Source: Chrysomallon squamiferum (lineage: Eukaryota > Animalia > Mollusca). From it: DNA of 64,000 nt. The stretch is from positions 12,028,001 through 12,092,000 of the forward strand of contig CM022679.1 of assembly GCA_012295275.1 (NCBI GenBank), written 5' to 3'. How positions within the stretch are numbered: position 1 is the stretch's first letter; each line of letters starts with the position of its first letter. Shown piece after piece: positions 1 through 13,365 of the stretch. Under the pieces are notes generated by a model. It was given only the letters and a program-made list of their open reading frames with translations. It was not told the origin of the DNA and searched no databases. The position numbers were made by a program, and so were the translations under genes.

Positions 1-1322
1 CATCAAGAAGACTCAACATGAACAGTGATTGGAGAGGCAATTTCTGTGACGCCTGAAGACTTGCAAGTTGACAAGCTTATACTTTAGCGATGCAACGGAT
101 GACGGAGACGTCGGTTATCCTATTAAGTGTTGCTTTATGGGCATAACGGCGTCGTGATCAAAGTGATGGCTTGACAGGTGATGGTCCTTAGAGAGGTTTA
201 TAGTTAATGCAAATATGACAGGCCGCTAATCTCGTCAATACAAATGACAGCTGATATTTCCTTTCTAATGCAGAGAAACTGAATGTGCGGAAGAAACCCT
301 CAAATTAAGCAAATACATCCAACACATTTTAATTTGAGACTTGTCGAAAATGCCTCCAGGCTTTTATCGACGTTAAGTATCAGTGGACATGTGAGTGTCC
401 GGGTTTTAAGCTCGGCTGACATGAAAACACACGCCTGTTACAGGCAAACTACAATCTACATCACGCCATACTGCATGTGATTTTGCAACGGTTACTGTGA
501 CAGTATTCTTAATATATTCTTAACATTAAATCCATCTGTTTAAATATCTGTCTTTTCCATCAGCACGACCATCTCACGTTTATATATTATATCTTCGAGG
601 CTTGCAGTGAAAACATTATAGTCTGAATATTTTTAGCAATGAAATAAAATGTATTCACTACAGACTAAAAAAGAAAAATATTGTAAAAATAGTTAAGAAA
701 ACGAAAAAGTACTAAAGTAAAATAAAATTAATGAATGAATGAACGAATGAATAAATAAATAAATAAATAAAAACAACAACAAAAACAAAACAAAAAGAAG
801 AAAAAACCCAATTAATTTTGATAAAAAACGTAATTACATGATATATATCAATATCAATATCAATATCAATATTAATATATATAAAATCTAATATTACACT
901 GCTTAGCAATCACGTATCAAACTGTCCAACCGTTTGACATTTAAAGTAATATTCATGTTTCATGTATTTCAATATGTCTATATCTAATATAATGACGGCA
1001 ATAACCTTCTTTTTTCAACACACACACACACACACACGTACAGTCACTATAATGAAGAAATAGAAAAAGTGACTAATGCCTTATTTGTACTGCTACGCCA
1101 ATAACACATTATTACGTTATAATTTAACAAGCAGTGCAGAAAAAGAGGTTCATATTGATCTTGTACTAGCTGTTACCGCCTCTTTCAAAGTGCTGCCGCG
1201 TTAAACATGGTTTCCCGGCTTGGAAAATTAATAAATTCTTAATTTACATTAATGTTTTTCCGAGTAATGGCTCCGGCTACGTCTGATGAGGAACCAAGGC
1301 GAAAGTTGACGTTCTGCAATAG

Positions 1323-1513
1323 CCATAAATCAAATTACAATAATAAGATTATCATGCTAACTCTGGCCGCAAAACCAGAAGAGCACCTTTTGTCCGCGAG
1401 AAAGCTGTCAATTGCCAAAGCACTGCAGCAGAAAATCACGCTGAAAAAAAGAAATAATAGCTCATTATTCTCAATTAAAGGTTCACAAAACGTGTACCGG
1501 CAGCCATCAATCA
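1323..1513. promoter_or_regulatory. Candidate Hox-Pbx-Meis enhancer module
   Basis: TGATTTATGG (- strand, 1323-1332), CTGTCA (1405-1410) and TGATTGATGG (- strand, 1504-1513) within one GC-richer island. Confidence 0.45.
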
Positions 1514-2156
1514 AAGCTTTTGCTTTCGAAAAGCAGTTTGTTGAATCGACACAGCGCCAAGACAGACATCGTGTAATCATTCTTACATTATATTAAATTT
1601 GAAGTAAGCTTTTGTCCATGTTGTCAGGCCGCACAGAGCGAACGATATTAAATGCGGTTTCTGCAAAGGGAAACGCTGTGGCGAATGATGCAGTTGTCCC
1701 ATTTGTAGCCCCAAGGGACGGATTCTGTATTCTTATCATCAAATAGTGATTAAACGGTGATGACGTAATAATTATAGGTTCGGGTTGTTTGCCGGGGGAA
1801 GTGAGGCAGCCACTCCATTATGGAGAGGGTGTATTTATATCATGTATGTCGTTTTTGAGCACGAAGGAGGATTTGGATTGTTAATGTTATATTACAGCAT
1901 CGAGGAGTTTGTGAATCAATGGACATCCGAAGATGTTATATCAGGTGGTTTTTTCAAAGTATCAACAACAAGTTCAACAACAGCAATGAATAAATAATGA
2001 ATTATATAATAAAATAAATAAATAATAATAATAATAATAATAAAAATAAACAAATAATATCAACAAAAAACAAACAAACAAATATAAAAAGAGTTAGAAA
2101 TAAAATTTTATAATAAAAAAAAAATAAAATAAAATAATAAAATAATAAAATAAAAA

Positions 2157-2201
<45 letters not shown>

Positions 2202-3310
2202 AATAAAATAAAATAAAATAAAATAAAATAAAATAAAATAAAATAAAATAAAATAAAATAAAATAAAATAAAAAAATGTTTTGAGATAAATACAGGTATA
2301 CATTAAAGTATTCATTAACAATATGAAATTATTCATTTTAATCTTAGTACTGAAAATTCTCCATAAAAATATATGATGATAAATCTGGACTTGCTGCTAT
2401 ATGTTTGTTCTCCATATCTTACAATAATGATGTTAACATGTGTTTAGGATTATTAAACTTTATTCAGTAGTAGTAGCTTATGTCGTTCTGAACCAAAGTC
2501 TTTGGGAGTATGTATGTTTCGCATATTCACTTCTTTTGCGTAAGAAATCATCGAAACAGTATTGTAATTTTCCAATACAAAATTGGATGTCCCATTATTT
2601 ACACTTCTAGATAACGCTTTAACGGAACTTTAGCGTGCCCAATTTTCTATTTTAACACATTCATTTAACCCGTTGATTGTAAAACAGGACTAGACATGGT
2701 GAAAATCAGAATTTGCATTTAAATGCAGGACATCTATCACAGAAGAAGAATGCAGTAAAACGAAAATGAATGGCCGTCTCCTTGGAGTTATTCTCAGAAG
2801 ACAAATCTATCACACGGTTGATGATGAAAGTCCGTGCAGTATGCAAATTTCATTTTCATGTTCAACAAGCTAATCCATTTAGCTGGCGTAAAAAACGCTA
2901 CAAGGCGCCAAATCTGTCTGTACTGTCAACTACGTTTATGACAAAGACATATTGCGCGCGCAAATAATCATCATCGCGAAGAACCTGGGAGCACGCAGCA
3001 TCAAGGGCATGTAACTGCGACAGAATTCAATTTAATTGTTTACAGAACGGAAAGTTTCTGTTTTGCGGAATATTAACAGTTAAAGCTTTAATAAACATTT
3101 GCCGACAGGACATATCAGAATATCTAAATTAATGCTAGTGAAATGACTATTTTATGACTCTGCACTGGAAGATTTCTAATATCCTGAACCTTGAAAGGGT
3201 CAGTCAATCCTGATTTATAACCTAATGTTCTCAAATCGGCAGACCAATCAAACTGTTTCCAAAATTAGTTTTGTTTTGACTTTCTGAATTTTCGTTTAGA
3301 GTCGATCAAC

Positions 3311-3347
<37 letters not shown>

Positions 3348-6300
3348 TCTCTTTTTCTGTGTGTGAATATGTATGTATGTATGTATGTATGTATGCATGT
3401 ATGTATGTATGTATGTGTGTATGTATGTGTGTGTCTATCTTTTTCGTTTTCAGGTAAAGCATTTATATATTTTTTCAACTTTATCTGCTTGTCTTTAAAC
3501 AATAATCAAAACACTCAAATACAATTTTTACGTCGACGGGCGTATTTTAATGTCGACATTTTAACTTTAGTAAAGATGTACCAAACAAGGACAAACTTTC
3601 ACCCCAACTCTTTTTGATCCCAGGCTGCGTCTGATGTGTTTATCAGACGAAACATCCATTTGGTTATCTCTTCAGGCAGTGCTGCAGACGACAACAGCGA
3701 AAACGCGCGGGAAGACGAAAGCCTAACAAACACGGAGTTTCATCAACTCGTTTTGGCAGTTAGATCATTAGGAGGCTGTTAAGATGATTTTAGTTGCTGC
3801 GGGACATCAATCTTTGTTGAAAGCTTTTACATTAACTCATAATTTGCCGTATGTCAGGTCGGATAAATTTGAGCAAGCCAAACAGCGAGCCGCAACACTC
3901 GTCAGGAACAGAGATAATCCAACTTGACGGACGGTAGATCAACAAAACTGACAATGTGTACATTTGTTGAGTAAAGCCATTCACCTGATGTTTATGAACA
4001 TTGCTAGGTACACACCTGTGAGAAGTAGTATATTTATCCACGATTTTGTTGTTTTGAAGTTTTTGTTCGTTTTAGAAAGTTAAAGAAATAGTTTACATTT
4101 TACTAAATATCTAACTCACTGAACTAACTGCCTGACTAACACTAACAGACAAAGAGCAAACGGAAGAACGAATTTATAACATTATCAACCATCTATCTAA
4201 CCAATCAGTTATTAAACAAACGTAACCTTATTACCAATAACACAAGGGCTATAAAAATAATAATAAAAAATAATAGTGAAAAATAAAATTAATAAATAAA
4301 AATAGTAATAAACTAGAAGAAATAATAACAACAACAAGAACAACACAAAAAAGAAATGCAGAAAAACAAGAGACAGTCGCTGAATTTATTTCCATAAATA
4401 ATTTTTTGCCCTTTTTTAAACACTCGTATTTATTGGTTTCATTAAATTTCGGCTGACATTTTTAATTCTTGGATAGGGAAGCAAGATATTTTGAGAATGT
4501 TGGACTGATGGATCATTCTTCTTCTTCTTGCATTTGAGTTCCTTCCCGTCCAGCTAGTGCCACATTTAGGTCCAGCTAATCGTTTATCAAAGACATGATA
4601 AGTTCCTGTTTATGGGAGAATGGAAGCAAAACATCACGCGTTGTTAATAAAAAATAGTATTTATGGAATTTTAACACGCGTTTCCTCTGTTATAATCATC
4701 AGTGTGAAAAAAAAGATCAACATAACATATCTCTGAGGTCTGATAATAATTAATAATGAATGTGCTGAGATCTCGTCATAGACGTGTTCATTCATTTTAC
4801 TTCTTGACTGTAAACAGGTATTTTCATTTCAGGTTTATACTTCCATTACTACAGCTTTTGCTGTACTTCTGCTATTACTACAACAAAATCAACAACTACT
4901 ACTAATACAACTTCTACTATACCACTATAACTACTACTACTGCTAGTATTACCACTACTACTACTACTACTTCTACTACTACTACTACTACTATTACTAC
5001 TACTACCACTACTAGTACTACTAGTAGTAGTACTTCTGCTGCTGCTGTGGTTGTTGCTGTTACTAATTCTACTGTTATTACTAGTACTATTACTCTATTA
5101 CAACTACTATTACCATTACCACTATCATCATCGTAATGAACAAGACTGTATTAGTAACAGAACAGTTTCCACTGTTGTAATATATTAGGTTAAAGAGCGA
5201 ATTCTAAGCCTACTTCATATTATCTTCTTATCTAGGTGAAAAAGAACGAGTTAACAAAACCTATATCACAACTACACCAACGAGTGAACAACATAACTAT
5301 AAACAGAAACAAAACCCGGCATTAAAACTGGTCAAAGCAGACGCGGAAGAGTTTTCTTCGACATTTTCAGAAGTTTTTAATTAAATACGACTTACTTTTG
5401 TTGATGTTATTGTTCCGCTTCCTGGCCGTCTCGTGTCAAAACAAAAGATGAGTGAGAAAGTCTGTTATGGTTAAATATTCAAAATATGCCTCGCTCTATA
5501 TGAGAAACACGCCGCGTGTTTGATTGACGGTATGTAAATATATCTAAACATGCGCTGGCTCCCCGACACCTTCTTGTTTTCTTTATTCATCGACCACACG
5601 CGGCTGTTGACGCAATGGCGCAGATGCTGACAGAATATGTCAGTTTTTCTGTCAGTATGTCAGCGTGTCTGATAGGTGGACAGACTTTGGATTGTGTTCG
5701 TTTTGGTTTCCGGGTAACATTTCGGTCAGATAATTTTCCACTGATGAAATGAAATGAAAATAAATAAATAGTAAATAAATACCACTAGCAGAAAATAAAC
5801 ACACATGTATATACGTACGGACGTACTTGTATACATACATACATATATACACATACATACTTACATATTATGAATACATATATACACATACATACTTACA
5901 TATTATGAATACATATATACATACATACTACACACACATATATATATATATACATACATACTACACACACATATATATATATACATACATACTTACATAT
6001 ATGCTGTATACAAACATGCATACACACAAACAAGCATTCTCAGTTGGTATTATTACTACTGTTACTGTAACCACTACACTAATAACTACAGCTACTTCTA
6101 TTATTACAAATATTTTACACATATTACTATTACAGCTATTAATCATCAATCAATGGATCAAAATGAATGAATGAATGAATAAATAACAATGTTATTGTTC
6201 TTAAATAAAAACAATTTTTGTTTTATGATACCTTCGTGTTTTGCAAGTAACCTTTTGACATTAATGTGCACTATATAAATTGCAATAAAACAATATTTTC

Positions 6301-6860
6301 ATTACGAGAACTTTTTTGTTTGTTCAAGATACGCGGGATGGTTTACAGTTATATATCAAACAGGACAGTTTGTATAAGGCAGATTGTATTCTCATTGTTA
6401 TTAATATTGTATTAATAATACTGGGTTACATGGTAGTGCATTGTGAAATTACAGGTAATGCTTATAAATCTTTGATATGAGACGTTCATTTAATTCTTTT
6501 TTTTAAACAGAATTTATCTATGTCTTATGTAAGATGTCAATGCAGTTTTAGAACGACACGGTGGCACCCTTTTATTTGTTTATTAAAGCTTTAAGTTCCA
6601 AAGAAATATTGTAATATTGGTTGTTATTGCATTGTTATTATATACTTAAATAGAAAATATACATTATATATGTATACATATTTCTTACACATTTAACCTC
6701 AGTCACTCGTAAAGATATAGAAAACAAAAATGATGTATAAAATATATAAGAACGAACTAGAAAATAGTCCAAACTGGAAAGAACTGTGTCCACGTTTGTT
6801 AATTTTCAGATAACTTTATCTTAATTTTAACGAAATACAAACTTGTTTGTACGTTGTCTC

Positions 6861-6917
<57 letters not shown>

Positions 6918-8103
6918 ACAAACAAACTCACACACAAACACATATTCACATTTGGTATTTCATTAACAGTTAACTGTTAGTTTTCAGTGATGTCATCAGT
7001 TTGTGTTATTTATCCATGTTTGCAATATGCAACACCTGTTATGCATTATTCGTTTTACAAGACATATATTTTGTTAATAATTAGCAGATTAATAAAACTA
7101 TATACATAAGTATGTTTGTTTTCTGCAAATGAAAACAAAGTGTAATATAATCAAATGGAACATGTTTACGTTTCGCCAGTGACCTTCTAAGGAAAACCAA
7201 ATGGTGGATTTAGAACAATCACTGACAACCAGACGTTGTGACATCACGTGAAAAATAATGCAGCTGAAAAAACATACAATCATTTAACCAACTCTGTTAT
7301 CTATATTTCTAATCCTTTGATCTATTGTAATGTTTACATTCGTTTTCGAGAAATAACATCTGTCTGCAGTCTATACCATTCTATTTTCATAAACGTTAAA
7401 GTGAATTTGTAGGTAAATACAATTTTTAATTTATTCAAAATAGTCATTTTCTGACTAAAGTTTCTTGCGTAATGTAGACAAAACATAATTTTACTACCAC
7501 CACTGCTACTGCTATTTCCATTATCACGGTTACTAGTACCACTCTATTATCATAATTACTAAATTACTATTACTTTTGCTGCTGCTACTTTTGGCAGTGT
7601 TGCTACTGCTACTAGTACTATCATTTCTATTACAATTCATAGTGTTATTAATAAAAGAACAGCAACATCTACCATTTCTAATTTCTAATTCAACTACTAC
7701 TACTAGTTCTACAACTAGTATTTAATACTATAACTATTGCTCCTACTACAAACATTACTGCTACTATTTGCATTACTACTACTACCTTAAGCCCAGGGTG
7801 GAAAATCACCTCAGTTTCTTATTTAAAAAAGAACGTCAGAGGGATTTAGTGATATTTTAAGGACTTAAAGGATTGTGAATCACAAATTTGCTCATAAACC
7901 GAATATTCTACAGAGTGTACAGAGATTAAAAAAATAAAAAAATAAAAATAATAATAATAACAACATTCACATATTTAGGAAGTGAATAATAAAAGGAATT
8001 TTTGTAACATTCACATATTTTATTAAAATAAATTTAAAATAAGTGTTGAATCTTAGTTACTTTCAAAAATCGAATGAAAACAAACAGGGTTATAATAGGA
8101 AAA

Positions 8104-8148
<45 letters not shown>

Positions 8149-10096
8149 AAGGAATTTTTGGATCGTTAAAATCTTATAAATTCAACCCGTACAACTACAA
8201 AAATAGGTGGGGACGAGATCATGTATTTTATTAAAAATAAAATTAAATTATTTATTTTTGATATTAATATTTATTTCGCTTTCTTTTTCTTTTCTTTTCT
8301 TCATTCCTCATTTTATTTTATTTATAAAAAAAAAAAAAAAAGAAAACAAAAAAAAAAAAAAAAAAAAAGAAAAGAAATTTTATCACTATTAAAAATCCAG
8401 AAGATAAAATGTCCGGAAATTTAACCCATACGAATGTCTTGGGTATCACAGAAAACGGGTGCGGTATGTGGGCCGACTTCGAGTCATTTGAAAAACGCTA
8501 ACAAATTGTTGTAATATAATCGGGCTTTGATAAATTGCCACAATAAAAGCTAGCTGAGTGTCGTCTGCTTCTGACTGACACGAGAAGCATTAATTTATTG
8601 CCAGCGATTGTTTCAGGAGATTTATTACACATTAAAGAAACACCAAATGTAATCTAGAAGCGGCTGCGGAATCTTTGTCATGTCATATATAACAGACACG
8701 AACGTTTTTACAGCAGTCGCGTCAATTCAAGGGCCCTCTGAAGCTTTAATAAATGAATTAAGTCCTTTTGGTCAAATTAAGAATATTTTCTTATCGATCG
8801 AGAGTTGTGCGTGGCAACAAAATTACAATGTGAACAGAGAAACATTAATTTTGTTGAACTCATCAACGAATGTTTTCCTGACAAAACGTATCCTTCAAGT
8901 TCTGTTGTGTATGTAATATAAAGGTATGTCGATAACGTTTCTGATGTCATGTTGAAACATGTTTGTCGTTTTATTGTATGTACTTTTGATAGGTGACAAC
9001 AGCAGTAGGAGGAAAGTAGTAGTAGTAGTATCAGTAGCAATAATAATAATAATAATAATAATAATGATGATGATGATGATGATGATGATAATTATTATTA
9101 CCACAACAACAACAACAACAACAACAACAATAATAATAATAATAATAATAATAATGCTAGTATTAGTAATAGTGGAAGATTTAGCAGTAGTAACAGTAAC
9201 TGTTATATTAACTGTTATAATAATAGTGATAAAAATAGCAAAAAAAAACAACAGCAGCAACAATATATATATATAAAAGTTATTTCAATACTGTTTTAAA
9301 ATGATACATTTCATATTGACTATCTGGTTGGCATTAACTTCTAACTAAAATTTGTATTGTCATTAATTTCCAGTACGTAAAATGTATCAAATAGGGTGTC
9401 ACGGTGTAGCTCATGCATTTTTTATCTTTGTACGCAACAGCTGTACAGGTTGTAGACATAGTAAATAAGTTGACGCAGGTTTTATTCTGAAGTTTATCTA
9501 TAAACATATCCAGGGAGCACACCTAATGGTTCCCCTCCTATTTTTCACCAATTTTTCCCTTTTATAATGAAACATTAATTTTTATTTTGAAAGGTACATG
9601 CACTACTATGATGGCAGCCTTTCAGTTGCGAAATCCCGTATGTGTACTTTACATGCATAGCGTGTGAGGCTCCGAAACTACAAAGAACAATACTTTTGCA
9701 GGTGTCTGTCTGTCTGATGTATGAGTAAATACGTATATCCAATTTATACTGATGTATATGAGACTGCGTGCGAGTGTATGTGTGTGTGTGTGTGTGTGTA
9801 TTATAAACAAATTTGTAATGGCTGTGTTAATAACATAATTACACATTCAAAAATTGTTATTTCATTATTCTGTATTACTAGTAGCTAGTTAAACAAACAG
9901 ATCTGACCTTTTGACCTCGAACTGTGCGACTAATTCGTTTTAAAACCATAAAGAAATACGTCACAAAAATCTATATTAATCGAAACGCCATCTTCTGGAC
10001 AACGAAGGAAGAAAAAAAAATAATCATATCATTAACACTGAATACGGAGTAAAGGGAGTTAATTAGATGTATCTATATTACAGAGGACAAAAGTAC

Positions 10097-10675
10097 TGAC
10101 AGACAGCATTTGACAGTTGACAAATCATGTTACGCCTACAAGTTGACAGCACAACATGACAGAATGGACTGGTTGTCCATTAACTGGGCTTGAAATGAAT
10201 GCCTCCCCGTAGGCAGTCACCATCAAACAGACAGGCTCCAACTCACGGCTTACACCTGTACAGGTGAAACGACAGAATAGATGTGTCCAAAAGCTTGTAT
10301 ACACAACAGGTATCACACGCGTGTCAGCAAGGAAAATTAACTGCGGCTGGAAAACAACATGACAGCCTAGGCATTAGCAATTTTCAAAGGACAAGGCCTG
10401 TTATTGTGTGGGTGGGTCATGGATTTTTTTTTCTGACGATTTAGTGCTTTAATTTCCGTTGTTTTCTTGACTAGTTTATGACACGTGTATCCGTCCTTAA
10501 TGAAAATAAAACAAAAAAAGATCAGTTTAAACAAAGAGTAAAATCTACTGCAATTCTTCTACGTTGTAATTGTCCGAGGTGACTATTATCCGAACGGTAA
10601 TTAGGGGACAGTAAAGATGAGATGGTAATTACAGGCTTGTATTTAGAGGGCGTAATTATAACGTGGTAATTACAG
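10097..10675. promoter_or_regulatory. Homotypic TGACAG cluster and GTAATT cluster (candidate enhancer)
   Basis: Four TGACAG plus one TGACAA in 10097-10162; five GTAATT in 10566-10675. Confidence 0.45.
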
Positions 10676-10986
10676 AATGGAAAATGCCCTATATCATTGC
10701 ACCTTCCAGACTATAAAACATAAATTTATAGATCCTGAGAACATTAATTTTTTTTTAATCAGAAAGCGTGCCCGTCGCAGACGTGCTTCACAACAGCTTG
10801 CTCTGATTAGCACGTTAATTTTTTTCCTATTCCTATTCCTAATCCTGAGAACTAGGATATCCATTATATTTCCATTGATAATATCACATATGTTTGTACG
10901 AGTGGGCCGTGTCTTTTTTGTATATGTATGTAGAATATGTGAATATGTATGTAGATATGTCTGTATATGTTTGCATGTTTGTATGC

Positions 10987-10989
<3 letters not shown>

Positions 10990-11019
<30 letters not shown>

Positions 11020-11127
11020 TGTATGTATGTATGTATGTATGTATGTATGTGTATGTATGTATGTATGTATGTATGTATGTATGTATGTATGTATGTATGT
11101 ATGAATGTATGTATGTATGTATGTATG
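10990..11127. repeat. (TATG)n microsatellite (similar tracts near 3.4, 5.9, 17.1, 25.5, 28.2, 29.0 and 44.0 kb)
   Basis: Direct reading; source of the MYVC/HTYI pseudo-ORFs. Confidence 0.95.
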
Positions 11128-13365
11128 TTTTTACGTAGTATGTTTTTATGTTTGTATGTTTGTATATATGCATGCAAGTATGTATATATGTGTTTGTGTT
11201 TGGGTGTTTTTCCGTCTATATAATTTATGAGGTTTTAAACGTTTTTGTAATATTCTAAATACAGATAAAAGTCTGTGCTGAGGGTGTTTTCAGTTTACAT
11301 ACGCATAAACACAGATGCACACATCCACCATTCCGACAGACCTAAGGATAAAATCATTTTAACAGTTTAGTGGATCTCAGATTATAAATGCATAAAACAA
11401 AAAGGAACACAGATACAGATAAACAATATGATTATTCTACCAGACAACTCAGCCTATATCACAAACAAAATAGCTGGCAGACGAAGATGAATATTCATAT
11501 TTCGTAAAATGTACAAGAACAGATTTCACTTAACACTCAGTCACCAAATTTAGGGGTTTCGATTGGTCTATTTCCCAATCCAGCCAGAACCCATAAAGTG
11601 GTTTATCAAAGACTTTTAAGTGCTTTATTGTTTCTGTTCGTAATGAAAAATTCTCTGCTTCTCATTAACAGAGCTCTTCTGTATTAGTATTATCATATAA
11701 GTAAGAATGACACCTAATAACCTAAACAAAATTAATACATTATTTTCTTTATCCGAGACGTATGTATGTATATATGTATTTATGTATGTTAGCTGGTTGT
11801 AAAATGTTGAAAGTAAATTTCTTTATTACAGTAAATGAAAGAGAAGACATTAGTTTCTCAGTGCACGTTTCAAACACTTTTAATAAGTTCATTATGTCAT
11901 TTGAAAGGAATATATTATTATAGACGTGATATATAATCCTAAAGATCAAATAAAATACACTAACACAAATAGCCTATTAACTTTTACTTCTAAATCATAC
12001 GTGGTGTTCTACTTAATTGGTGGTCTTGTTTCGACACGCCTGAATAAAAGGGCTACAATAATGAGATATTTCGACAATTTACGAGCATTCGCTGCCGTTT
12101 ATTTCAAATTAGAGGCTCTAACGTTGTATACAACTATGTCGGAAATGTTGCGCCCAGGGGTGACGTGTCCACTAACTCTTGTCGTGAAAGGGTATTTAAA
12201 CTAATGTTTAATGTGGGCACATTACAAAGGTGTCAGCTTTGATCTTTCCGCCCCGTTGTCAGCGCTGTCAACATGGAGCTGAAAATTCCTAAAACGAGTC
12301 AGTCGCAAGTCGTTTGCAAACACACCGTTTCTTTTAACCATTGAACATTCCCATCCCAATACTGATCGGTCCCTTTGATGTAGCCCTGCGCCCCACTTTA
12401 TGCTGGCTATTCGTCGCAAACCGAATACCAATATTGTCAACGATAAAGCTTGCAAAGGTAAGCGTTTACCTTAATGCGTCGCAAACACATTTAGCGCGCC
12501 GGATTACATTTATGGTTCGTGGCAAGGTCCAGAGATCACGACTGCACGTAAAATATAGAGGTTATTTATTAACTTTTCGATTTCCTGATATTTGTTGTTT
12601 AGAAAGCAACATCTGTTATCGATTGATAAGCTGTCAGTCAGAATGATTGATATATTTTCTTTACAATTTGTCGCTGTGGGATTTTGGAATGGTTGCTGCC
12701 ATACAACTTTTTCAGTACTTACAGTTGTGATTTATTTAAGGTGTGAAATAAAAATAACAAAGACGAACTACTTTGGAAGTTTTTATATGCAATTATTTTT
12801 AACAGTTGGTTGAAAATATTTTTAGCTTTTGTTAAACAGGAAGCCGGATACATTTCTAATTTTTGTTCCTGAATTATAACCTATCAGATTTTATATTTTT
12901 TTTATTTGATCTTATCTAAATTTTAGACATTGAATGACTTGTGTCTTAAAAAGTCACAATACGTTAATATAATTTATGTTCTCAACTGCAAATAATTGAA
13001 GTGTTTAAGCTCTGATTTAGAATTCAAGATCACATAGATATCTGTACACGTTTTTCTGATTTAATTTTTATTAGAAGTAACATATTTCACTGACTGTTTC
13101 CCTTCTAGACAAGTGTATGTTGCCTGAAAAAAAAAAAAGAAGATGAAATTAATTAGAAAAAAATGGGTTTATCTTGTGATACAACTCAAAACAGTTCTAA
13201 TATATTATATTAAAAAAGTTATTTATAATTTCTGGAATAACTCTGTATGGCTGTTGTCATTTAGAAAGGAAACAATAACGTACATCATCACAAAACTATT
13301 TCAGGCACAATATTGATTGGAACTGGTAAAAACATAGCGCATTCTTTTAAAACGCTGCTCTAAGT

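Noticed and set aside
1277-1320. Hammerhead-like core CTGATGAG...CGAAA
   Set aside because: Stem II has only the closing G-C pair, and no valid stem III or NUH cleavage triplet can be formed.
3003-3030. TGTAAC-N5-CAGAATTCAA similarity to 29720-29740
   Set aside because: Colinear, but too short and without flanking support to count as an anchor.
7794-8190. Possible MITE (CAGGGTGGAAAAT...ATTCAACCCG)
   Set aside because: Terminal inverted repeats are poor, and there is no target-site duplication or second copy in the window.
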